This document shows positions 38,181 to 47,232 of a stretch of 64,000 nucleotides of DNA, one piece after another. The notes under the pieces were generated by a model that was given only the letters and a program-made list of their open reading frames with translations, made no database searches and was not told where the DNA came from. The stretch is from Candidatus Latescibacterota bacterium (GTDB lineage: Bacteria; Latescibacterota; UBA2968): positions 5,216,001-5,280,000 of the forward strand of contig OZ242195.1 in the NCBI GenBank assembly GCA_965205975.1, given 5' to 3'. How positions within the stretch are numbered: position 1 is the stretch's first letter; the number at the start of each line of letters is the position of its first letter. Position numbers and translations under genes: made by a program.

Positions 38181-38229
38181 ATTAACCTCCAGAAATTTTG
38201 CGCGTTCTATCAACTGATCTTTATGTTCC

Positions 38230-38390
38230 TAACTGACGTTATGCAGAGGCACACTATAATGTACCTGTCATTCTGAGCCGTAACGCAGTGGAGGCGAAGA
38301 ATCTCTTACCAACACAGGTGGAAGGGATGCTTCGGCTCCGTTCCACTCCGCTCAGCATGACAAACACCCAGACCTGCGTAACATCAGTTA
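38230..38390. mobile_element. MITE-like element (161 bp) with terminal inverted repeats enclosing a TGTCATT/ATGACA REP-like palindrome
   Basis: TAACTGACGTTATGCAG (38230-38246) / CTGCGTAACATCAGTTA (38374-38390); inner TGTCATTCTGAGC (38266-38278) / GCTCAGCATGACA (38350-38362). Confidence 0.72.
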
Positions 38391-38432
38391 CTAAATTTGT
38401 CTATGCAAAGTACGAAAAGCAAGGGTTATTTC

Positions 38433-39023
38433 TTATCCAGGCTGTAAACCGAGTTTGCGAAATTCGTTTTTGAGCTGGCGGCGGGCGCGGCACAGCCAGG
38501 TTTTGACGGTTCCAAGCGGAACGCGAAGCGCCTGTGTGATTTCTTCGTAGGACCAGTCCATGACGTAGCGCAGCCACATGGCTTTGCGATAGCGTTCGGG
38601 TAAGTTTTGAATGCTTTTGTGGACCAATTGTATGCGTTCGCGTTTTTCGACTATTTGGTCTGGTAGCGTGCCAGGTATGATGTCGCGGATGACGTTGCGA
38701 ACGACTTCGGGGTCTTCGGTTTGATAGACCCAGTTTTGCCGAACTTGTTGCGAGCGCAGGTGTGAGCGATAGACGTTGAGGGCAATTTGTGTGAGCCAGG
38801 TCGAAAATGCCGCCTGGCCTTTGAATGTGTGGAGCGAGCGATAGGCGCGGAAAAATGTGTCTTGCATCAGGTCGTCAACAGTGTCGCGGTCCGAAATGCG
38901 CTGTGCGAGGGTGCCGTAGATCTGACTTTGATATTTGTGGTAGAGCGTTTCAAATGCCCGGCGGTCACCCGAGATGGATGCGCGAATCAGGTTTTGATCC
39001 TGTGTTTTCACTTTTTTCTCCAT
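38433..39023 (-). CDS. ECF RNA polymerase sigma factor (RpoE/SigW-like)
   Basis: 'GDRRAFETLY', 'DLMQDTF', 'FSTWLTQIALN', 'SYEEI...VPLGTVKTWLCRAR'. Confidence 0.9.
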   Translation of the reverse strand: MEKKVKTQDQNLIRASISGDRRAFETLYHKYQSQIYGTLAQRISDRDTVDDLMQDTFFRAYRSLHTFKGQAAFSTWLTQIALNVYRSHLRSQQVRQNWVYQTEDPEVVRNVIRDIIPGTLPDQIVEKRERIQLVHKSIQNLPERYRKAMWLRYVMDWSYEEITQALRVPLGTVKTWLCRARRQLKNEFRKLGLQPG

Positions 39024-39081
39024 TCGTTAAGGTAATTTGTTTATTGCTATTCTTTTGTTTGTGACAAGACGGATTTTTCCG

Positions 39082-39252
39082 TCAGTCTCTTTTGATCAAG
39101 CGATAACCGATTCCAATACATATAACGGCGATGGCGAGTTTGAGCAGGAGAAAGAGTAGCCCAAATAGAGAGCCGATGAGCGGGAAGAGAACCTGGATGG
39201 CGATAATGCCACCGATGATGATGAGTACGATGCCGATGAGTTTTGCCAACAT
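39082..39252 (-). CDS. Small 2-TM membrane protein (56 aa; absent from the ORF track)
   Basis: Own translation MLAKLIGIVLIIIGGIIAIQVLFPLIGSLFGLLFLLLKLAIAVICIGIGYRLIKRD; AAGGA SD. Confidence 0.8.
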   Translation of the reverse strand: MLAKLIGIVLIIIGGIIAIQVLFPLIGSLFGLLFLLLKLAIAVICIGIGYRLIKRD

Positions 39253-39298
39253 GGGGTGTCCTTTTTATTTGTGAGGTTGTCCGTCAATTTGGTTTAAG

Positions 39299-39520
39299 TT
39301 AGCGAGAAATAGGCGATCGCTCGAATTTTTCGTCAATGGTGATGAGGATGTCCTGAATGTCCGTAAGCCTGCGGTCGAGTTCGTCCATTCGTTCATTCAA
39401 ACGTTTTTCCGCATCGCTGGGGATAGAGCTTCTGGTGCGGCGGTTGATGAATTTGTGTGCTGCTGATACAATGGCTCCTACAACGATGATCATCGATATA
39501 CCAACAAAGAAATCAATCAC
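39299..39520 (-). CDS. Small TM + coiled-coil protein (PspB-like architecture), paralog 2
   Basis: GTG start with GGAGG; 'PSDAEKRLNERMDELDRRLTDIQD'. Confidence 0.78.
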   Translation of the reverse strand: MIDFFVGISMIIVVGAIVSAAHKFINRRTRSSIPSDAEKRLNERMDELDRRLTDIQDILITIDEKFERSPISR

Positions 39521-39530
39521 GGTGCCCTCC

Positions 39531-39734
39531 CTATTTTCTGCTGAGTTTTTCGTCAATGGTGATCATGACGTCTTGTATATCTGTGAGCCTGCGGTCGAGT
39601 TCGTCCATTCTCGCGTTGATCCGTTCTTCCGCATCGCTGGGGACGGATCTTCTGGTGCGTTGTTCAACGTATTTGTATGCTGCTGATGCGAGAATGATCA
39701 GCGCTACCATTATTCCAATTTCAAACATTACCAT
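39531..39734 (-). CDS. Small TM + coiled-coil protein (PspB-like architecture), paralog 1
   Basis: ATG with GGAGG; 'PSDAEERINARMDELDRRLTDIQD'. Confidence 0.78.
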   Translation of the reverse strand: MVMFEIGIMVALIILASAAYKYVEQRTRRSVPSDAEERINARMDELDRRLTDIQDVMITIDEKLSRK

Positions 39735-39755
39735 TATTTTCTCCTCCCACACACA

Positions 39756-40427
39756 TTAAAGTTCATCGACGGGTCTCGCGCGGTATTTTTCATCCCAGCG
39801 TTCGATTTCCGGAAAGTGGTAAACGACCAGGCCCGAATCTGAGATTCGCATTTCCGCATGACCACTTATGGTTAATTCTCGCAGGATTTCTTCGGTTTTT
39901 TCAACTGTTATTCTGGTGTCCATAGCAGCTTCTGTCACGGTGAGGCTGCCCCCTTTGTCCCGGGCGAGACGGAGTATGCGGTGCTGATTTTTGGCATGTG
40001 CTTTTTTGTCTCCCGATCTTTTGACCCGGCGACCTGCCCACCATATAAGTTGAGAGAATACGATTAGAGCGAGACCACCGCTGAGTTCTTCGTGCATGAA
40101 TGGGTTTGTACCATCGGCCCAGGGAGGGTATTGTATCAATACCGTGAGTACGAGCAGGAGGCCGCAAAATCCCATAAGTGCAGCCATTCCTATTAAGCCA
40201 TAAGCAAAGAGATAACGCATGGCACAACTCCCATCGGTGGCGAGGTCAGAGAGACGGTCGGGCACGCGCTTGAATGAATGGGTTGCGGTTTGGAAATCAC
40301 TGCCCGCGCTGTGAACGCGCGCCTCCCAGTTTCCCTTCCATTTCTTTTTTATTTTTCGCTCCGCATTGTTGACCGCGTGGTCAATTTTGTTGGCGATTTC
40401 ATCGGCGAGTTTTTCCAGGTCACGCAT
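39756..40427 (-). CDS. Membrane protein with 2 TMs and C-terminal winged-HTH-like domain
   Basis: 'ILRLARDKGGSLTVTEAAM...SDSGLVVYHFPE'; overlaps pspA stop. Confidence 0.72.
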   Translation of the reverse strand: MRDLEKLADEIANKIDHAVNNAERKIKKKWKGNWEARVHSAGSDFQTATHSFKRVPDRLSDLATDGSCAMRYLFAYGLIGMAALMGFCGLLLVLTVLIQYPPWADGTNPFMHEELSGGLALIVFSQLIWWAGRRVKRSGDKKAHAKNQHRILRLARDKGGSLTVTEAAMDTRITVEKTEEILRELTISGHAEMRISDSGLVVYHFPEIERWDEKYRARPVDEL

Positions 40428-41097
40428 CTTTTTGTCCCATTTTCTTTTTTAGCGCACTGAGTTCGTCTTCTACTGTGCTTTTGCGCTCGAGTTTGGAAAA
40501 TTCTTCTTCCAGAGAGGGGTCAGCACTCGCCATTTCTTGATGGGCTTCGGCTTCGGCTTCTTCGGTTTCGATGCGCTGACGGAATCGTTCAAAGCTCGAA
40601 AAAGCGTCTTCACCCACTCCTGATAGGCCCCTGGCGATTTGCTTGCGGGCTTCGGCTGCACGGCGGCGAGCAATCAGGGTGCCCTGGCGGGTGCGGGCTT
40701 CGTCGAGTTTAGCTTTGAGTTGGGTGAGTTGTTGTTTGAGTTGGGACGAGGTTTTACGGCTTTCTTCGAGGGCTACTTCGAGGTCGTGCGTGGCTTCCTG
40801 ATTTGCAGCTTTGCGCTCGAGGGCGCGGCGGGCAAGGTCGTCTTCGCCAGATTCAACAGCTAATTCCGCCTTTTTTTGCCATGCTTCAATCTGATCTTGT
40901 TTTTCGAGATATTGTCTTTCCAGGCGTTTTTCATTGGCAACAGCCGTGCCGACTGAGGCAGTGGCTTTGTTGACGGCTTCTTCCATTTCCAGAATCATCT
41001 GGCGGATCATTTTTTCCGGGTCTTCTGCGCGGGTAATCAGGTCGTTGACGTTGGCTTTGACGATGTCAGCCATTCTATAAAAAATTCCGCGTGCCAT
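40420..41097 (-). CDS. pspA: Phage shock protein A (PspA/IM30, bacterial ESCRT-III)
   Basis: 'GIFYRMADIVKANVNDLITRAEDPEKMIRQMILEMEE', 'DDLARRAL', 'VEDELSALK'. Confidence 0.93.
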   Translation of the reverse strand: MARGIFYRMADIVKANVNDLITRAEDPEKMIRQMILEMEEAVNKATASVGTAVANEKRLERQYLEKQDQIEAWQKKAELAVESGEDDLARRALERKAANQEATHDLEVALEESRKTSSQLKQQLTQLKAKLDEARTRQGTLIARRRAAEARKQIARGLSGVGEDAFSSFERFRQRIETEEAEAEAHQEMASADPSLEEEFSKLERKSTVEDELSALKKKMGQKDA

Positions 41098-41166
41098 GAT
41101 CTGCTCCTTTCACAAGGTGCTGCATTTATGGGGATTCTGATGTTTTTTGTTGTCGCACTCTTTTTA

Positions 41167-41182
41167 TGCAAAGTTTATGCCA
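41167..41182 (-). promoter_or_regulatory. Sigma54 (-24/-12) promoter of the pspA operon
   Basis: Minus strand TGGCATAAACTTTGCA = GG-N10-GC, 70 bp upstream of pspA ATG; AT-rich tract at 41191-41231. Confidence 0.85.
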
Positions 41183-41430
41183 GGCGTGCGATATGATATT
41201 AAATGTTGTTTTATATATATATAGATGTTTTTGAGAATTGGGTTGGGTCGATAAAGTTGGTGAAAATTCCCATGTGTTCTGGCGAAAGAGACCAAGTTTC
41301 TCATTTTTAGTCGAATATTTTTAGAGGGTCATATCTTGTCTTTTTTTTCTAAAAGGTCTATTATCTATCGGTTTTGTCGCAAGTTGGTCTCAAATACCAT
41401 CACTTTTTCCCTCTACATACTGAATTTTTT

Positions 41431-42903
41431 ATGTTTCGATATATCCGAGTGTCTTTATTGGCTTGCTTCCTTTTGTCGTGTGCGGCACATGCGCCCGCTT
41501 TAACAGAGACTTATGTGGTGCAAAGAGGGGATTCTCTGTGGGAAATTGCCGATCGGTTTTCCATGAGTGTGACCGAACTCAAGCGGAGCAATGGGTTAAA
41601 GTCGCATCACATTTATCCCGGGCAAAGACTGCTCATTCGCTCACAAGGACTTCGCTCTCGTCCTTCCAGTGGGGTAGAATACGTGGTGAGAAGGGGAGAT
41701 TCGCTTTCTAAAATCGCCGTGCGGTATTCTATGAGTGTGACCGAACTGAAGCGGATCAATGGGTTGAGGTCGAATAATATTTATCCCGGACAAAGGCTTC
41801 GCACGCGTTCTTATACTGTGCAATCGTCTCGTACTGTGCAATCGTCTCGCTCCCGTCCATCTTCTGGCTATGTAGAAATGGACTATGTGGTGAGAAGGGG
41901 AGATTCGCTTTCTAAAATTGCCGCGCGATTTTTCACAGATTTGGCCGAACTTAAGCGGAGCAATGGCATCCGGTCGGATCGCATCTATGTGGGCCAGAGG
42001 TTAAAGGTACGGACTCGGCTGCAAAAGATCGCAATAGATAATGGACCGTATTATTTTTCTCGTCCCAAAGCCGCTGTGCAACGCAGTCGGGGATATCGGG
42101 AAGTGTCCTCCAAAAAGCCGATTGAAGATTATAGGAGTGCTCAAAATTTGATGGGCGTGTTTAATGCAAGTATTAATTCTGATATGCGTCGAGATGGCGG
42201 ATCATTGAAAGGCTGGCGCATTGTACTCGACCCGGGGCACGGTGGACGCGATCCGGGTGCTATTGTTTCCAATTTAGATGGCAATAATCGTTCGGTTTAT
42301 GTGGTCGAAGACGAATTTGTTTACGATATTGCGTTGCGTTTGTACCAAAAACTGAGGCTTGCAGGTGCCGAGGTGGAGATGACGGTGATTAGTCCAAATC
42401 ATCTCATTCGGGAAAATAATCCGCCTGCAAGGACGTTTGTACACGAACAAAACGAAGTCTATAACGATGTAAGTGTCAACAGAAGAAATAGTTTTTCAGT
42501 GCGTCCGGGGCTTGACAATATTGTACAAAGGGTAAAAATAGCCAACCGTTTCTTTGCAAGGCGCGGGAAGACTCTGTTTATATCCCTGCATGCAGACAAC
42601 ACTCCCAATCGTCCAAAGGGTCCTCTGGTTATTTATTGGAGCAGGCGCGGGAAGATCGATTCCCGGTCCCGGTTATTTGCACGGATTATGGAAAGGGCAC
42701 TCGATCTGCCAGATGTGTCGGCACAAATTGGGGGGCGCAATCTGGCGGTGTTGCGGGGCAATCTGGCGCAGGCAGAAATTCTGGTGGAGATACGCAATGT
42801 ACACCATAAAGGCGAAGCATGGGCATTGCGTTCTCACAAGATACGCGATTCAGATGCGGATCGCATTTTTCGCGGGATATTAAATTACGCGAAGAGGTAT
42901 TAG
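41431..42903 (+). CDS. N-acetylmuramoyl-L-alanine amidase (Amidase_3) with three LysM domains
   Basis: 3x 'YVV.RGDSL..IA....N.....IY.GQ.L'; 'IVLDPGHGGRDPGA', 'FISLHAD', 'LVE'. Confidence 0.9.
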   Translation: MFRYIRVSLLACFLLSCAAHAPALTETYVVQRGDSLWEIADRFSMSVTELKRSNGLKSHHIYPGQRLLIRSQGLRSRPSSGVEYVVRRGDSLSKIAVRYSMSVTELKRINGLRSNNIYPGQRLRTRSYTVQSSRTVQSSRSRPSSGYVEMDYVVRRGDSLSKIAARFFTDLAELKRSNGIRSDRIYVGQRLKVRTRLQKIAIDNGPYYFSRPKAAVQRSRGYREVSSKKPIEDYRSAQNLMGVFNASINSDMRRDGGSLKGWRIVLDPGHGGRDPGAIVSNLDGNNRSVYVVEDEFVYDIALRLYQKLRLAGAEVEMTVISPNHLIRENNPPARTFVHEQNEVYNDVSVNRRNSFSVRPGLDNIVQRVKIANRFFARRGKTLFISLHADNTPNRPKGPLVIYWSRRGKIDSRSRLFARIMERALDLPDVSAQIGGRNLAVLRGNLAQAEILVEIRNVHHKGEAWALRSHKIRDSDADRIFRGILNYAKRY

Positions 42904-42907
42904 GATA

Positions 42908-45094
42908 TTACGGAGAAAATCGCTTTAGGCGCAGGGCATTGGTGACAACGGAGACAGAAGAGAGGGCCATAGCAGCTGCGGCGAGCATGGGACCACCCAG
43001 GGGATTGAGCAGGCCCAGCGCAGCAACGGGAATTAGAAGGGTGTTGTAGGCAAATGCCCAGAAGAGATTTTGGCGAATGACGCGCATGGTTTGTCGCGAT
43101 AGCCGGATAGATGTGGCTATGACCGACAGGTTGCCCGACATGAGGATCATGCCCGCGCTTTCTATGGCAATGTCTGTGCCCGAACTCAGGGCGATGCCGA
43201 CATTGGCCTGGGCGAGTGCAGGGGCGTCGTTGATGCCATCGCCAACCATGCCCACGTTTACATTTTTTTTCTGGAGTTGCGCGATTTTTTGAGCTTTGTC
43301 CTGGGGTAGAACTTCGGCAAATACCTGATCGATGTTGAGCTGTTGTCCAATGGCTTTGGCCGTGCGCGCATTGTCGCCTGTCACGAGGGAGACTTCAAGG
43401 TTCAGATGCTGGAGGTCATGAACGGCTTGCGCGGCGTCGGCTTTCAGGTTGTCTGAAATAGCGATGAGGCCTGCGGGCTGATCATTGACGGTGACGAATA
43501 CGGTGGTTTTGCCCTCGGCTTCGAGTTTTTCGGCTGGATATTTTGCGCGGTCAGATATGGTGCGTGGGTTGCTGAGTACGACGCGCTGTCCGTCAATTGT
43601 GGCGGCGACGCCAACGCCGGGCAGGGCTTCAAAATCTGTGGTTGGATGCAGGGAAAGATTGGCTTCTTGCGCGGCGTGAACAATGGCTTCGCCAAGGGGA
43701 TGTTCCGATCCTTTTTCTGCAGAGGCTGCGAGTGTGAGTATGTGATCGGGATGGTAATTTTTTGCGGGGATAATATCGGTGACAGTGGGTTTTCCCTCTG
43801 TTAGTGTGCCTGTTTTGTCCAGGACAATGGCATTGAGGCGGTGTGCATTTTCGAGCACATCGCCTCCTTTTATGAGGATGCCGAGTTGCGCGCCCCGTCC
43901 TGTGCCGACTGCGATGGCTGTGGGCGTGGCCAATCCCATTGCACAAGGGCATGCGATGATGAGGACGACTACGGCATTGATGAGGGCGGTTTCGATCCCA
44001 GAGCCAAAAATCCACCACAGGGTACAGGTCAGCAGGGCGATAACGAAGATTATCGGGACAAAGATGCTGGCGACGCGGTCGGCGAGGTGTTGTATGGGCG
44101 CTTTGGACCCCTGCGCTTGTCGCACGAGATCGATGATTTGAGACAAGACGGTATCGGCACCGATCTGTGTTGCTTTGAAGATAAAACTGCCGGTTGTGTT
44201 GCGCGTGCCGCCTGTGATTTTGTCGCCTGATTGTTTGTCAACAGGTAAGGATTCGCCCGTGAGCATGGATTCGTCAATTGCGGATTGTCCATTTTGTATG
44301 AGGCCATCGACAGGGATGTTTTCACCGGGGCGAACGCGAATGTGGTCACCGACCTGGATGTGTTCAACGGGCGTTTCAACATCCCGTCCGTTGCGAACGA
44401 TGTGGGCAGTTTTCGGGCGCAGGTCGAGGAGTTTTCGGATGGCGGAGGATGTTTGGCTCCTGGCGCGCGTTTCGAGCAAACGACCGAGCAGGACAAGTGT
44501 AATGATCATGGCAGAGGTGTCGAAGTAGGTCTGGATATTCTGCGTGCCGAGGGGGATAAAGGTTACTGCGGCGCTGTAAAAGTAAGCGGCGAGAGTTCCC
44601 GCAGCTATCAGGCTGTTCATGTCGGCTGTGCGATGGCGCAGCGCAGCCCATGCCCCTTTGAGAAAACGCCAGCCACACAAGAATTGAACTGGTGTGGCCA
44701 ATGCAAAGAGCAATATGTGAATATAATGGGGAGGTATGTTCGCTCCCCATATGGTACGGGTCATGCCCGTCGCCATGATGAGTGCAGAGAGGATTGCGGC
44801 GATAGTGAATAGAGAACGCAGCTTGCGATATTCGATTGTGCGTCCGATTTGATCGGCGTCTTCCGAAGTGTGAGGGGAGGCTTCGTAACCGGCACTGGAG
44901 ACGGCATCCACGAGTGTGTTTATGAGGACGGCTTTGTGGTGAACCGTGGCCTGATGGGTGGCAAAGTTGACCTGGGCATCTGCGACGCCGGGGATGGTTT
45001 TGAGGGCATCTTCAACTCGCGCCACACACGCGGCACAACTCATGCCTTCGATGGAGAGGGTCAGGGTTTGCATGGGGTGTTCGGTTTTTGTCAT
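42908..45094 (-). CDS. copA: Copper-translocating P1B-type ATPase
   Basis: 'GMSCAAC', 'TGES', '[11 protein letters not shown]', 'DKTGT', 'SEHP', 'GDGIND', 'YN', 'MALSS'. Confidence 0.92.
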   Translation of the reverse strand: MTKTEHPMQTLTLSIEGMSCAACVARVEDALKTIPGVADAQVNFATHQATVHHKAVLINTLVDAVSSAGYEASPHTSEDADQIGRTIEYRKLRSLFTIAAILSALIMATGMTRTIWGANIPPHYIHILLFALATPVQFLCGWRFLKGAWAALRHRTADMNSLIAAGTLAAYFYSAAVTFIPLGTQNIQTYFDTSAMIITLVLLGRLLETRARSQTSSAIRKLLDLRPKTAHIVRNGRDVETPVEHIQVGDHIRVRPGENIPVDGLIQNGQSAIDESMLTGESLPVDKQSGDKITGGTRNTTGSFIFKATQIGADTVLSQIIDLVRQAQGSKAPIQHLADRVASIFVPIIFVIALLTCTLWWIFGSGIETALINAVVVLIIACPCAMGLATPTAIAVGTGRGAQLGILIKGGDVLENAHRLNAIVLDKTGTLTEGKPTVTDIIPAKNYHPDHILTLAASAEKGSEHPLGEAIVHAAQEANLSLHPTTDFEALPGVGVAATIDGQRVVLSNPRTISDRAKYPAEKLEAEGKTTVFVTVNDQPAGLIAISDNLKADAAQAVHDLQHLNLEVSLVTGDNARTAKAIGQQLNIDQVFAEVLPQDKAQKIAQLQKKNVNVGMVGDGINDAPALAQANVGIALSSGTDIAIESAGMILMSGNLSVIATSIRLSRQTMRVIRQNLFWAFAYNTLLIPVAALGLLNPLGGPMLAAAAMALSSVSVVTNALRLKRFSP

Positions 45095-45114
45095 GGGTAG
45101 TGGTGAATGCTATT

Positions 45115-46233
45115 TTATTTGAGGTTTTCGGGGTTTAGTCCTTTGAGGTCCTCTACGACAAAACGCCCGTCTTTGCGAATGCACTCGTCATCGAAGTAGA
45201 TTTCTCCACCGCCGTATTCGGGAGTTTGGATGAAGACCATGTCCCAGTGTACAGCAGAGCGGTTGCCGTTGTCGGCGTCATCTTGATAGGCATTGCCAGG
45301 TGTAAAGTGGAATGATCCCGATATTTTTTCGTCGAAGAGAATATCGAGCATAGGCGATGTGATATAGGGGTTGAATGCGATGGCAAATTCGCCAATATAA
45401 CGCGCGCCTTCATCGGTGTTGAGAATATCGTTGAGTTTGGCGGTATTGTTCGAGGTCGCGTCGATGATTTTGCCCGCTTTAAAGGTCAGTTTGATATCTG
45501 AGAATGTCGTACCGCGATAGATGGTGGGGACGTTGAAATGGATGTGACCATTTACGGAGTTTTTAACCGGAGCAGTGAAGCACTCGCCATCGGGGATGTT
45601 GCGAAGCCCCGTACACGGTCTGACCGGTATGTCTTTGATGCTAAAAGATAGATCGGTATCGACTCCGGTGATGCGCACGCGGTCGGTTTGTTCCATGCGT
45701 TTTTTAAGGGGTACAACAGCTTCGGCCATTTTGCCATAGTCGAGCGTGCAGACGTCAAAATAAAAATTTTCAAATGCTTCGGTACTTTGTTGCGCCTGTT
45801 GTGCCATCGAAGGCGTGGGCCATCGCAAGACCACCCATTTTGTGTGCGGTACGCGGATGGCAAAATGCACGGGTTTGAGCCAGTGTTTTTCGTAGATATC
45901 CATCGCGGTACTGGATACATCTGATAATTCTGAGATGTTGCGGCTGCCGCGCAGACCGATGTAGGCCTGTACGCGCTTCATTCGGTAGGCTTCATAATCA
46001 CCTGCTTGTTGCATGGTGGCGATATCGCCTGCATGGATGAGTTCGCGTTGGATGCGGTTATTTTTAATGGATGTTAGGGGAATGCCGCCAACTTCGCGCA
46101 CTTTGCGAATGAGTGCAATGATCATGTCTTCGGGCATGTCGTAGCCCTGAATGAGGACGGTTTCACCCGCTTGTAACTTCGTGGAATGGCGAATTAGGAC
46201 ATCGGCGAGTTTTTCAAGTCGGGGATCTTGCAT
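45115..46233 (-). CDS. Aminopeptidase, peptidase M29 (AmpS/AmpT) family
   Basis: 'MQDPRLEKLADVL', 'NIPDGECFTAP', 'GEFAI', 'LFDEKI.GSFH', 'SAVHWD'. Confidence 0.9.
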   Translation of the reverse strand: MQDPRLEKLADVLIRHSTKLQAGETVLIQGYDMPEDMIIALIRKVREVGGIPLTSIKNNRIQRELIHAGDIATMQQAGDYEAYRMKRVQAYIGLRGSRNISELSDVSSTAMDIYEKHWLKPVHFAIRVPHTKWVVLRWPTPSMAQQAQQSTEAFENFYFDVCTLDYGKMAEAVVPLKKRMEQTDRVRITGVDTDLSFSIKDIPVRPCTGLRNIPDGECFTAPVKNSVNGHIHFNVPTIYRGTTFSDIKLTFKAGKIIDATSNNTAKLNDILNTDEGARYIGEFAIAFNPYITSPMLDILFDEKISGSFHFTPGNAYQDDADNGNRSAVHWDMVFIQTPEYGGGEIYFDDECIRKDGRFVVEDLKGLNPENLK

Positions 46234-46324
46234 AAAATTTCCTCGGAAGGATCGCGGTTGATGTTGATATAAATAGAAAAATAACACATAATATGTTTGT
46301 AATCCATATTTTTTATAGAGAGTT

Positions 46325-46351
46325 GTAGGGGCGGTGCCCCTGTGCCCGCCC
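46325..46351 (+). repeat. GTAG-type REP palindrome
   Basis: GTAG-GGGCGG...CCGCCC. Confidence 0.65.
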
Positions 46352-46365
46352 GTTGGGTATATCAC

Positions 46366-47139
46366 ATGAAATTTAGACCGTGTATTGATTTGAAAGATGG
46401 CCGGGTTGTACAAATCGTGGGGGGCACGTTGCGCGATGGGAATACCCAGCACACGGTGACGAATTTTGAGACCGAGCGTTCTCCTGCGGATTATGCCCGG
46501 CTGTATCGCGAGGATGAATTTTTTGGAGGCCATGTAATTGCGCTTGGTCCGGGCAATGATGCGGCGGCATTGGAGGCTTTGTCGGCATTTCCCAGGGGTC
46601 TGCATATGGGTGGGGGTATCACGCCACATAATGCGGAAAAATTCTTGCAGGCAGGCGCGAGCCATGTGATTGTGACGTCTTATGTTTTCCGCGATGGGCA
46701 AATTGATATGAGGCGGTTGGATGAGATGATACGGGCTGTGGGTAGGGAGCGTTTGGTTCTAGATTTGAGTTGTCGAAAGCGCGATGATAATTATGTTGTT
46801 GTAACGGATCGCTGGCAAAGATTTACGGATGTGACTGTCGGCGAGGAGATATTGCGTACGTTGGCCGGTTATTGTGCTGAGTTTTTGGTGCATGGGGTTG
46901 ATGTAGAGGGCAAACGCGCAGGTGTAGAAGAACCTTTGGTAGAAATATTGGGCAGATGGTCACCCGTGCCGGTAACTTATGCAGGTGGCGTGCGCGAACT
47001 ATCGGATTTGCACCGCGTCAATGTGCTGGGCCAGGGACGGGTAGATCTGACTATTGGCAGTGCGCTGGATATTTTTGGGGGCGATGTGGCATATCGAGAT
47101 GTTGTAGCATGGATGAGAAGTGTGAAGGAAGAAGTGTGA
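46366..47139 (+). CDS. hisA: ProFAR isomerase HisA, eukaryotic (His6)-type
   Basis: 'FRPCIDL..G.V.QIVGGTL', 'GASHVIVTSYVF', 'LVLDLSCR', 'EFLVHGVDVEG', 'DLTIGSALDIFGG'. Confidence 0.9.
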   Translation: MKFRPCIDLKDGRVVQIVGGTLRDGNTQHTVTNFETERSPADYARLYREDEFFGGHVIALGPGNDAAALEALSAFPRGLHMGGGITPHNAEKFLQAGASHVIVTSYVFRDGQIDMRRLDEMIRAVGRERLVLDLSCRKRDDNYVVVTDRWQRFTDVTVGEEILRTLAGYCAEFLVHGVDVEGKRAGVEEPLVEILGRWSPVPVTYAGGVRELSDLHRVNVLGQGRVDLTIGSALDIFGGDVAYRDVVAWMRSVKEEV

Positions 47140-47148
47140 AGTGTGAAT

Positions 47149-47204
47149 GTAGGGGCGAAAAATCTTTCGCCCGTTGTTGTAGGGGCAATCCCTCGTGGTT
47201 GCCC
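47149..47204 (+). repeat. Two tandem GTAG-type REP palindromes
   Basis: GTAGGGGCGAAA-AATC-TTTCGCCC and GTAGGGGCAA-TCCCTCGTGG-TTGCCC; preceded by AAGTGTG heptamers. Confidence 0.72.
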
Positions 47205-47232
47205 GCTTTTGTAAGATACAGGAAGAAGTGCG

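Noticed and set aside
39096..39287. 63-aa Ser-rich ORF from the track
   Set aside because: Wrong frame; the overlapping 56-aa hydrophobic ORF 39082-39252 has the SD and a plausible product.
46234..46701. N-terminal extension of the M29 aminopeptidase in the ORF track (528 aa)
   Set aside because: Overlaps the divergent hisA; the family-like N-terminus and SD (GAGG) point to ATG 46233.
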